Positions 13,430 to 23,759 of a stretch of 64,000 bases of DNA are shown piece by piece; the stretch's first letter is position 1, and every line of letters starts with the position of its first letter. Both the position numbers and the translations under genes were made by a program. The notes beneath the pieces are model-generated. The model was not told the DNA's origin and searched no databases. It saw only the letters and a program-made list of their open reading frames with translations. Source of the DNA: Podarcis gaigeae (Eukaryota); assembly GCA_964106915.2 (NCBI GenBank), contig OZ066920.1; one strand, 5' to 3'.

Positions 13430-14910
13430 CATGTTAGCTTGCCCTCGAACCTGGTGGTACTGTTATTATGTGCCACGTCAGTCCACAAGAAAGCACCTCT
13501 CATTCAAGATTTGACCATGGATGAGATGGCTGACCTGGAATGTATTATTGAGGTGGATGAACCAGGTGGACCAGATCTATCTGCCAAAGTTTTCAAGTAT
13601 AAACCAATCCAGCTTGGAGAAGAGACAGAATTGCTATCATCCATAAAAATGCAATCTTCTTCACCAGGAAACCATTCTTTTGGGGTACTGTATTTGAGGG
13701 GCAGTTCCTCATGCTGGGTCTGAGACACAGAACAGGAATAGTGTGGCGTACTGCCCATCAGCCTCCCTAACTGAGCTGCAAGAAGTGGTCTTGGGGCGGT
13801 GTGGGGTGCCCACACATTTCAACATTCATGCTAGGGCTAACTTGTTTAAACCAGCTCAGGACTTCGTGCTCGCTTCGGCAGCACATATACTAAAAAATAA
13901 ACCAGCTCAGGACTTCATGGAGCTGTCTTACTACATTGGGTATTTGACACACAAGCACCCTTCATCTAGTGCTTCCCATAAAACAGTTTGGAATTGGTTC
14001 TATGCTGGTTACTTAATTCTACTGTCACAGACAACCCATTTCCTTGTAGTCTGGACTAGCAAAGGACCTATTAAGATGACATTTCCCTAAAGACTTAGGG
14101 AACCTGAGGAACTTCTGATTGCTCTAATATGCTTAGTGCTCCTGTCAAGGCCTGGCCTCACTATGGAATGGTGAGAAGAGGAAGGACACTGGCACAACTG
14201 CTTCTAAGTGTCCTCTCCAGTGCTGTGGTGCCTGATTGGTTCCCTGGGTTTCTGAGCAGCTCAGAATGCTGAAATAGGCAGGGTGATAGCCTTGACTACA
14301 GGTGATGTATCTCTCACAGTGAATGAGCACAGATGAAAGGACAGGCTCAGGGCAGTGATGGTGGCAAGGAAATTAAGTCCCCAGGTAGCCATCCAGCACA
14401 ACTCTTTGGACTGGTATGGACTGGTAAAATGGAGCCTCTCAGTGGTCTGCTGTGACAAATTTGCAAAGCACAGTCACTCATACTAGCACTGAATGAGACA
14501 CCATTGTAAGGGTGGTGTTCACTGCACCAGTGCTATTGTAATCCAGGCCTGTTTCAGGCCTTCCAGTATTTCTGGTTGGCCGCTATGAGAATCGGCTGCT
14601 GGCCTAGCTGAGCCTCTGGCATGATCCAGCAGTAATCTTAAGTAAAATGGTATGGGATCAGATTCAGGATATTCTGAGGTTATGGACAAGTTGCTTGAAG
14701 GAGTTTGGCTACCACAGGTACTCTCAAGCCTTGCCCTTCTTGGCTTGTTACAGCTAAACAGAAGGTGTTGACTGGTTGGGTCCAGTGGGTTGCAAATGCC
14801 TGATTCACTGACAACTGTGCTTTCTCTCCATGGTGTTCAACATCTATACATTGCCACTGGAAGAAGTTATCATTACATAATTAGCATGGTGTCATCAATA
14901 TGTGAATGAG
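13430..14910 (+). mobile_element. Decayed L2 LINE ORF2 remnant (APE endonuclease to RT, internally deleted)
   Basis: ORF 13439 gives LLLCATSVHKKAPLIQDLTMDEMADLECIIE, resembling the L2 APE N-terminus LLLNARSV..K..LIHDLI.DE.ADLACITETW. ttcaacattcatgc...gctcaggacttcatgg encodes the GDFNIH...AQDFM region. 14821-14910 resembles the LFNIY..PL.EVI...CHQY RT motif. Confidence 0.7.
13866..13895 (+). pseudogene. RNU6: 3'-truncated (tailless) U6 snRNA retropseudogene, first 30 nt of U6
   Basis: GTGCTCGCTTCGGCAGCACATATACTAAAA is identical to vertebrate U6 nt 1-30. Flanked by a perfect 19-bp direct repeat taaaccagctcaggacttc at 13847-13865 and 13898-13916. Confidence 0.95.
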
Positions 14911-15025
14911 TGCCTGGACCCCATGAGGGCTGCTGCTGCCAGCCTGTGTGGACAGGCAAGAGCAAGTGATCTGACTTAGCTTCCTCCCTCACTCTTGCGC
15001 TTTGCTCCTGCATGAGTGCTTTAGC

Positions 15026-15098
15026 TGAGATTCCTGCCTTGAAGGCGGTTGGACTAGATAGCCCTTGAGGTACCTTCCAACTCTACAATTCTATGATA
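15026..15098 (+). mobile_element. CR1 3' tail fragment
   Basis: gagattcctgccttgaaggcggttggactagat...ccttccaactctacaattctatgat. Confidence 0.75.
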
Positions 15099-17270
15099 CA
15101 GTTTTTTCTCTATAACATTTGAATTAGTTGAGGCCATATATGTGCTGGAAGTAGTAATGGGGTGGATGAAGACTGAATGCCAGCAACCACTTGGTTCTTG
15201 GGTTTGGGTGGTGGTGGTGGTCAGTACCTGAAAAAAGCACTGGTTGTAGGGATTACATGAGAAGAAGAACCACGTACACCATCTTGGCCTCCTTGGAGAA
15301 AAAGGTGGGATATAAATGTAAGAAACAAACAAACAAACAAACAAGACTATCTGGAAGCTGCAAGTGATGCAGATGCAGCCACTATAGTGCCAAATGGTAT
15401 ATTTAATTGCACCCATATAACATCCATTTTGCAGGGGGTTAATCATGGTTATGAATAAAAGTATTGGGTGTTAAGCCCTACCCTGCAATTCTGTTTTAGG
15501 ATGGTAATGTAGGAAACCTTAGCAGACTTGACTCGATTAGTGCTGTGCCTTGTGCAAAACAGAACATTCAGCAGAGGAGGCAGGCAGGAAAGAAAAGCAT
15601 TTGAAAAATAGAACAAGTAATTACCACACTTGACTCTAGCATCGGTCATAATTTCTGATGCCTTACGGCAGAAAACAGGAGTTCAAAATAGTTTCTTATT
15701 TATTATCTGAAACTTAATTTTGGAAAGTGCACCAGGTATATGTAATCAACAGAAGGCAAATCAGTGATGCTACTAAATGGGCAGAGAACAGGATCTAGTA
15801 TTCCCTTGGTACAAAGTCCTATCTTTTAATGAAGTTGTATAGCTCTGCATTGAGATGAAAGGTACAACTAGATAGAACAGGATGACGTCTGGCCCTTTAT
15901 CATCACATGCAGATTTGTCACCAAATGGTTTGCTGGGGGTTTTTTGTTTGTTTGTCAGCCAGTCTTCCAGCTGCTGAAGGATACACGCATGAATTTTAAA
16001 ACATTAAAATGTGATAAAGATATACCAGCATTTAGCTGGTATAATTTTGTGTGAGAACAACTGTTTCTATTTTTAACATCTCTTTAAAAATGGTTTAGAA
16101 AGAGACATAGTTAAACTGCTGTGAACACATGAAGAATGGCAATCAAAGTTAATCAACAGCCGTCTCGCACTTATATATGACTTTTCATCACAAAAGACCT
16201 CAAAGAGCTTGACAAACTATCTTCAGGATGGATCTTGGTTCTTCTTTTTTGCTCCACCCACATAAGCAGTATTTCCCTGAAAGGGATGAGATTTTCTTTA
16301 TCAGCACTGAAAAACAGGTCTATTTACTACTAGCCATAGGCTTAACACAAAAGCAAAGAATGCTATTATCTAATCTAAACTACAGAGGGAATTGAGGGAG
16401 ACTAAAGGTAATCACACAAATTAGGATTGGACAAGGGCATTTTGTTAACATCATCAGCTAACGCATTCAAAATTACTCATGCAGTTTGGATATGAGTAGC
16501 TTAGACATTGTTTTTATCCTTCATGTGAATGAAAATATAGATAGCAGAACACTATGATACAAACATACTGTGACAGTAGCTCAGTACTGATTGGGGGTGG
16601 GGAAGGAAGGGGAGTATTATAAAGAACCAGCCATATCATATTTTTGAATGTCACAGAAATCTGTAATTTAACTGGTTCTGAACATGAATTTGTCCAACTA
16701 ACAACATCTCCTTGGCACTTCTGCCACATCTTCTCTAATTTGTAACATAAAACAATATATTGCTAGATTCTGAGCATTTTCTGTCAGAAGACTTGCTGCC
16801 AGCTGGTTTGTAGGTGTGTGCACAAAAGTCTTAAACCCCTTCCTCTCAATGAAACTCTTTCTGATTGCTATGAAACTATATGAACTGCTGAACTAATGAC
16901 TTTGTGGAACTATAGAGTTATTTAACATTAAGTCTCGCTCTTGCTAAAACGCCGACTGCTGTAAATTACAAAAGCGGACACATAAAACCAAGCAGATTTT
17001 TGGCTTGCCAAACATCTTCTCTCGGGGGGGGGGGGGATTCTCTCATGTCTCTTATAAACATGGTTGTTCTCATGCTCACAGAGGTTTGCTTCATTTTCAC
17101 TCTAGAGGCTATCTCAGATAAAAATTCAGTTTTAAAACTCCATATTTAAAGTACTCTTTATGGTTCAACAAAAGGTGTTTTTGCATGCTCATCTCTTACT
17201 CTGCTTTCTAGATTACCGGCCAATACTTTACTTTTATTTTATTTCAAACCAGTTCTTCATTAGGGATATA

Positions 17271-18354
17271 CAGTGGTGCCTCGCAAGACGAAATTAATTC
17301 GTTCCGCAAGTCTTTTCGTCTTGCGAGTTTTTCGTCTTGCGAAGCACGGTTTCCCATAGGAATGCATTGAAAATCAATCAATGCGTTCCTATGGAAACCG
17401 CCTTCAGACCAGGTCCGGGGACAGTCTGTCCCTCGACCTCTTCTGAAGGCCGGCGGGGGGGCGAAAGTCTTTGCTTCCCCCCGCCTGCCTTCCCGGGACA
17501 GCGGAGACTTCTCCGCTGTCCCGGGGCGATCTTAAAATGCTGGCGAGTGGCAGCGAAGGCTTTGCTGCTGTCCCCCAGCATTTTAAAAGCCGCCCGCCAG
17601 CATTTTAAAATTGCCCCGGGACAGCGGATGAATTCTCTGCTTTCCCGGGGCGATTTAAAAGCCCCCGGGAAGGCAGGCAGGGGGGACAAAGACTTTTGCC
17701 CCCCGCCCGCCTTCAGAAGAGGTCCAGAGGGCTCTCCAAGCTGCGATAGCAGCCTGCTGCCCCGCGCGAGGGGCAGACATTCGCAGCTTGGGGAGCCCTG
17801 CAGGACTTCCCCTGCAGGGCTCCCCAAGCAGCGAATGTCTGCCCCGCGCGAGGGGCGCTCTGCTTAAGAGCGCCCCTCGCGTGGGGCAGCAGGCTGCTAT
17901 CCGCAGCCTAGGCGGGAACTCTTCTGAAGGCTGGCGGGGGAGAAGGGCTTTTCTTCCCACCGCCAGCCTTCAGAACAGCCTTCCCCTCTGTTCCCAGACC
18001 TGTCCTGAAGGCTTGCGGTGGGAGGAGGGCTTTCCTCCCCACCGCCAACATTCAGAATGCTGTTCTGAATGTTGGCGGTGGGGAGGAAAAACCCTCCTCC
18101 CACCGCAAGCCCCGGGAACAGAGCCTTGTCCTCTGTTCCCGGACCTCCCACCGCAAGCCTTAGGACAGGTCCGGGAACAGAGGAGAAGGCGCGCTGCGCT
18201 TCCCCGCTGTCCCCGGAGATTTCCCTATGGGCTTTCGTCTTGCGAAGCAAGCCCATAGGGAAATTCGTCTTGCGAAGCCGCTAAAAAATCGGAAAACCCT
18301 TTCATCTTGCGGGTTTTTCGTTTAGCTAGGCATTCGTCTTGCGGGGCACCACTG
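17271..18354 (+). mobile_element. GC-rich non-autonomous Tc1/mariner (Tigger/pogo-like) element, copy 1
   Basis: TA|cagtggtgcctcgcaagacgaa ... ttcgtcttgcggggcaccactg|TA. Subterminal ttcgtcttgcg repeats at both ends. CpG-rich interior with no transposase ORF. Confidence 0.9.
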
Positions 18355-20309
18355 TATGATGGGGTAGAGAGGGCACACCAGCATGATCTTTCATCAATGC
18401 AAGTTGTTGCAAAGATATACATTTATCTTAACTAGGTGAACCCTCTCATTTATTGAGGCAAGACTCCATGGTCTACTATACTTTACTGCAACAATGCTTC
18501 TTCATGTATTACAGTCAGACCATCCATTTGGCCTGCAAAGCCATTTTTGGGAAACTACACTGACCCACCCTACACTTTGTCCCATTTGAACGACTGTTCA
18601 TGCAAGCAGAACTTTCCCATCCTCTCCCCCTTCCTGAACACTGTTGTGTGCCTCCAAAATATGCCACGGACAGTTGATAACAGGGTGCTTGAGGGGAAGG
18701 AGAGAAACAGAAAGCCCTGTCACATCTGCTGGAGTGACATTAGATCTCATCATTATTATTTTTCCATAACTGGGTGAATCTGAAACACCTGCGAGTTTAT
18801 TAACGCAAAATGGTTAAGCTAAAACTAGTTATACACCATACTTTTAGAGTGCTTATCCTACTACAATAGAAAATAAGAATTTTATCAAAAGGTGGCTGTT
18901 ATGTAATTTATTAGCCAGTGGATAATTTTGCTTTCTATATGCAAATATATTGTGCTTATTAAATGGTGGGTATTGCAACTGTTCTGTTCATAAGTCAAAT
19001 CGACCTAGGGAATGATAATCTACAAAGTGAAAATGGTTAAGCACTGCAATGGCTCCAAGGTACCCATAACATTCTCAGGTGTAAATGGAATCTTTATTTA
19101 CTTTCTAAATCATATCACAGGACATAGTTCTTACAGCCTACTGCTCACTGATATTAAAGCTGCTGGACCAAAAAAGAAAACAAAATATCAGACCAATGAA
19201 TAAGTAAAACCCAGGGGTTAAAGTAAAACAGGCTCACTTATCTGTTCCCCCACTGGCATTACTTACGTAGATAATTTCATACCACATGCTGCTCCAACAT
19301 ATCAGAAAGGGGAAGAAAGCAGGAGGGATCCATCATTGTACTGGATTTAAAGACAGGAATGATATGATGGGGTGGGGGGTGGGGAATGATCCCACTGAGA
19401 TCAATCTAGTTGAAATGACATGTTTCTATCATGATAGGGATTTTACACTTTTTTTCTTCTTTACAAAAAACACAGATGCAACCAGTGTTTGGGAGAAGGG
19501 AGGTTTAAGCCTCCACAGGCCAAGTTTCTGTTTGCAATATTGAACTGTGATGCTGCAAATAAAATAAAATAGAAGTCGGGCCTATGGTTTTATTTTGTTT
19601 TATCTGTGGTACCACAGGGACATGTGTTTTCAGAAAGTTTGAAGTTCAGCCTTCCACCCATCTGCAAGATAAGAGAAATATTTCAGCTCTATCTTGTACA
19701 TTTCTATTTGAACATCAGATACTGTGCTATCTGTAAAAATGCCATGTAATTATCAATTTAACATTTTATTCTTTCCCCCATAAGGTTGCAAACTGTACTA
19801 TAGAACTCAGAAATACAATTTTTTTTGCCATGTAAATTAGCCAGCCAAATGCCTCCTGTCAAATGTCCTTTCACAGCTTCACTTTTTAAACTAATCAGCT
19901 GCCACCAAATGATGTTTATGGGTTGAAAGAGACTAAATTTTAGAACATTGCATTTTTTTTATTCTATACACAGTTCCTCAATAAAAAGGCAATCCTATGT
20001 ACCACCCCCCCCCAAGTTTTTAGAAATTAACTCATAAGCCCTCTTCATCCATTATATATATGGAGACGGTTCTATAATCAAAAGGGCAGTGGGACATGTC
20101 ACTGGTCCTGCCCACAATGTTTTGTAGCTCCCTGCCTCCAAGATCCACACACTGTGTGGATATCTGAGTAGGGAAGCCAATGCAAACCAGAACCCTGATT
20201 CCATTGAAAACTGTGTGTAGGCTTCTCTACAGGGCAGCTGTGCAATATGGGGTCAGTCAAGGCCTGCTTCCTTCATATGCACAACACAGGAAGGCAGATT
20301 TAGTTACAG

Positions 20310-20615
20310 CATGGGTAGGCAAACTAAGGCTTGGGGGCCGGATCTGTCCCGCAGACGGTCCAGGAATCAGCATGTTTTTACATGAGTGGAATGTGTCCTT
20401 TTATTTAAAATGCATCTCTGGGTTATTTGTGGGGCCTACCTGGTGTTTTTACATGAGTAGAATGTGTGCTTTTATTTAAAATGCATCTCTTGGTTATTTG
20501 TGGGGCATAGGAATTCGTTCATCTCCCCCCCCCAAAAAAATATATAGTCCAGCCCCCCACAAGGTCTGAGGGACAGTGGACCGGCCCCCCCGCTGAAAAA
20601 GTTTGCTGACCCCTG
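20310..20615 (+). mobile_element. hAT-Charlie-type MITE (MER58/hAT-HT-like termini) with internal ~70-bp duplication
   Basis: Ends catgggtaggcaaact / agtttgctgacccctg. TSD agttacag/agttagag (7/8). Confidence 0.88.
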
Positions 20616-21841
20616 AGTTAGAGACAAATGAAAGAGACAGAAGTCAACTGACCAGTAAATACTAACCAGTCAATCTACCACCTATTGTATGATGAACCAC
20701 AGTAATTCACACAATATTCTAGGGTGGCTCATATCCATATAGCTCAGGGCCCCTATGTGAACCTGCAGCCATGTGGAAAACCACAAACTTAGAATACAGA
20801 AGGTCTTAGGTCCCATCCCTAGTAATGGGGACTGACAAAAAAAGGGTGGGAGAGCTACACTTAAAACAAGAAACAGTGCAAATAGTAACAGGGAGGAGCA
20901 GGACCTCTTCCTTATTGTACTACTATCGCTGTGGCCAAGCCATGGGCAAGACGCATACTCCAATCTCAAATAGAGTGACATGGTAGGGAGCCCACTTCTT
21001 CTCATTGTATGCTTCCCATTATGAAACTGAGTACTTTCTGAAAGCATCAGAGAGGACTGGGGTAGTCATTTCCCTGTTCCTGCAGTGTCCCTGCACATGA
21101 CAAAGCTGTGTGATAAAGGTAGCAACAGATACAAGCTTTCCCCATTGCTAAATTGCCATGCTGGGTAGGGTAGAACTGCACCTGCTATATTGTTGAGTGT
21201 AAGTCAGGAGATAGGATCACGCTGTAACGTTTAGAACTTGAGAGAAAAACTGAGTGGGAAACACAATGAAGTGCATTAAAAAGCCTCAAGGGAAATGTTA
21301 AGATACTATTTATGTTCTGTTATTTTCAGTTTATTTCAAAGCACTCTTGGGAAGATTAATTAGTTCATAGCTTTATAACACTTTGAAGATGTCAGAATTC
21401 AGTGAAAAATCTATGCCAAAACCTTTGCTGCTATCTGGTTGTTGGTGTTCCCAAAGAAGTGTTGAGAAAAACCTATTAGTATCCATTGTATCTCGGTTAA
21501 ACATCAGAAAGCTGAGTAGCTGCATTAGGCACATTAAAATAGGAAGCTGCCTTATAGGAAGTCTGGCCATAGTCAGGATTGTCTAACAGGCACCTCTTCA
21601 GGGTGCTGGCTATTGAACCTGGAATCTTCTGCATGCAATGCATGTCCTCTAACATTGCTCTATGGCCCTCCGTCTAATATAACAAACAATATAAAAATAT
21701 TTAAAAGCTAGTAGACTTCCAAGACATTTAAATAACCAGGCACTACTTCTGCAAGCTTGCACTGAAGTAAGACTTGTGAAGGGCACTGTGAATCTGACTG
21801 AACTGCTCTTTTACAAGTTTTACAAAAACTGCTACTACATA

Positions 21842-21921
21842 CAGGGTGAGTCTTTTAAAAGAGGCCCTGTGGAACACGTGTACTCTGTATCCACGGGGCC
21901 TCTTTTAAAGGACTCACCCTG
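21842..21921. mobile_element. 80-bp mariner-type MITE
   Basis: TA|cagggtgagtcttttaaaagaggccc...gggcctcttttaaaggactcaccctg|TA. Near-perfect hairpin. Confidence 0.88.
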
Positions 21922-21923
21922 TA

Positions 21924-22373
21924 CAAGCGCCCCCCCCCCTTACCTGGGGGTTACGTTCTGCCATAAGTGAAATCCCATAAAGCAAGGAGCACCCTCTAAA
22001 TGCCTATTTTCCCCTGCTCTCCCACTCTCTCTCCCCACAACTGTCTCTTCAACTAGAGTTGAAGCTCTTTGGCTGGCTGGGGAGACTATGGGAAAGCTGT
22101 GCTACCCAGCAGATCAGCTGTTAGGCAGGGAGGCTGAGCAGCCTAAACAAAGCCCTGCTGCGACCTCCAGTCTCTCTGGGACTTCCTCTGCCCTCACTGA
22201 CATCCTCTTTGGGCTCCAGGAAGGGTCTCCTCATGGGCCATGAAAACTCTCCTGTTCTTTCCTGCCAATTTCTGGTATGAGTTTGTTTATTTCTTTACTT
22301 ATTTCCCAGTGCTACGCACAAGGTACTATAGTCATCCACGAGTAGAATGTGTGTATGTGGAAGGATGCCTGTA
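21924..22373. mobile_element. Older Tigger-like non-autonomous element (putative)
   Basis: Begins caagcgccccccc..ttacctgggggttacgttc (Tigger/MER2-like). Ends gtatgtggaaggatgcctg|TA. Degenerate TIR, about 12/19 matches. Confidence 0.45.
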
Positions 22374-22375
22374 TA

Positions 22376-23759
22376 CAGTGGTGCCCCGCAAGACGAATGC
22401 CCCGCAAGACGAAAAACCCGCAAGACGAAAGGGTTTTTCGGTTTTTGCGTCGCTTCGCTAGACGATTTTCCCTATGGGCTTGCTTCGCAAGAAGAAAGGC
22501 CATAGGGAAATCTCCGGGGACCTCTTTTAAATGCTGGCGGTGGGGAGCAAAGCCTTTCCCCCCCCCTCCGGCCTTCAGAAGAGGTCCAGGAAGGCCGGTG
22601 GGGGCCGAAAGGCTTTGCTCCCCACCGCCAGCATTTTAAAAGCGGTCCGGGATAGCAGGGAAGAGCTTCCCGCTATCCCGGACGGCTTTTGAAGGCAGAC
22701 GGGGGGGAGCAAAAACTTTCGCCCCCCGGCCTTCAGAAGAGGTCCTGGACCTACCCCCTGCCTGCCTTCCCGGGAGAGCGGAGAAACGCGCTGCGATTCT
22801 CCGCTCTCCCGGACGGCTTTTGAAGGCAGGCGGGGGGGGGGGAGCAAAGACTTTCGCCCCCCGCCAGCCTTCAGAAGAGGTCCTGGACCTCTTCTGAAGG
22901 CCGGCGGGGGGCGAAAGTCTTTGCTCCCCCCTGCCTGCCTTCCCGGGAGAGCGGAGAAACGCCTTCAAAAGCCGTCCGGGAGAGCGGAGAATCGCAGCGT
23001 GTTTCTCCGCTCTCCCGGGAAGGCAGGCAGGGGGGGAGCAAAGACTTTCGCCCCCCGCCGGCCTTCAGAAGACCTCTTCTGAAGGCCGGCGGGGGGCGAA
23101 AGTCTTTGTTCCCCCCCGCCTGCCTTCCCGGGGGCTTTAAAATTGCCCCGGGACAGCGGAGAAGTCCTCCGCTGTCCCGGGGCGATTTTAAAATGCTGGC
23201 GCTGCGATTCTCCGCTCTCCCGGACGGCTTTTGAAGGCAGGCGGGGGGGGGGGGAGCAAAGACTTTCGCCCCCCGCCGGCCTTCAGAAGACCTCGCGCGG
23301 GGCAGCAGGCTGCTATCCGCAGCTTGGAGAGCCCTCTGGACATCTTCTGAAGGCGGGCGGGGGGCAAAAGTCTTTGTCCCCCCGCCTGCCTTCCCGGGGG
23401 CTTTAAAATCATCCCGGGACAGCGGAGAAGTCCTCCGCTGTCCCGGGGCAATTTTAAAATGCTGGCGGGCAGCAGCGCTGCCGCCCGCCAGCATTTTAAG
23501 ATCGCCCAGGACAGTGGAGAAGTCTCCGCTGTCCCGGGAAGGCAGGCGGGGTGGAAGCAAAGACTTTCGCCCCCCGCCGGCCTTCAGAAGAGGTCGGGGG
23601 ACAGACTGTCCCCGGACCTGGTCTGAAGGCGGTTTCCATAGGAACGCATTGATTGATTTTCAATGCATTCCTATGGGAAACCGTGCTTTGCAAGACGAAA
23701 AACTCGCAAGACGAAAAGACTTGTGGAACGAATTAATTTTGTCTTGCGAGGCACCACTG
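22376..23759 (-). mobile_element. GC-rich non-autonomous Tc1/mariner element, copy 2 (inverted relative to copy 1)
   Basis: TA|cagtggtgccccgcaagacgaatgcc ... gtcttgcgaggcaccactg|TA. 23291-23759 is the reverse complement of about 17271-17772, and 22376-22515 of about 18215-18354. Confidence 0.9.

Noticed and set aside
13866-13897. Functional U6 gene
   Set aside because: Only 30 of about 107 nt are present, flanked by a TSD, with L2 sequence upstream instead of a PSE/TATA promoter.
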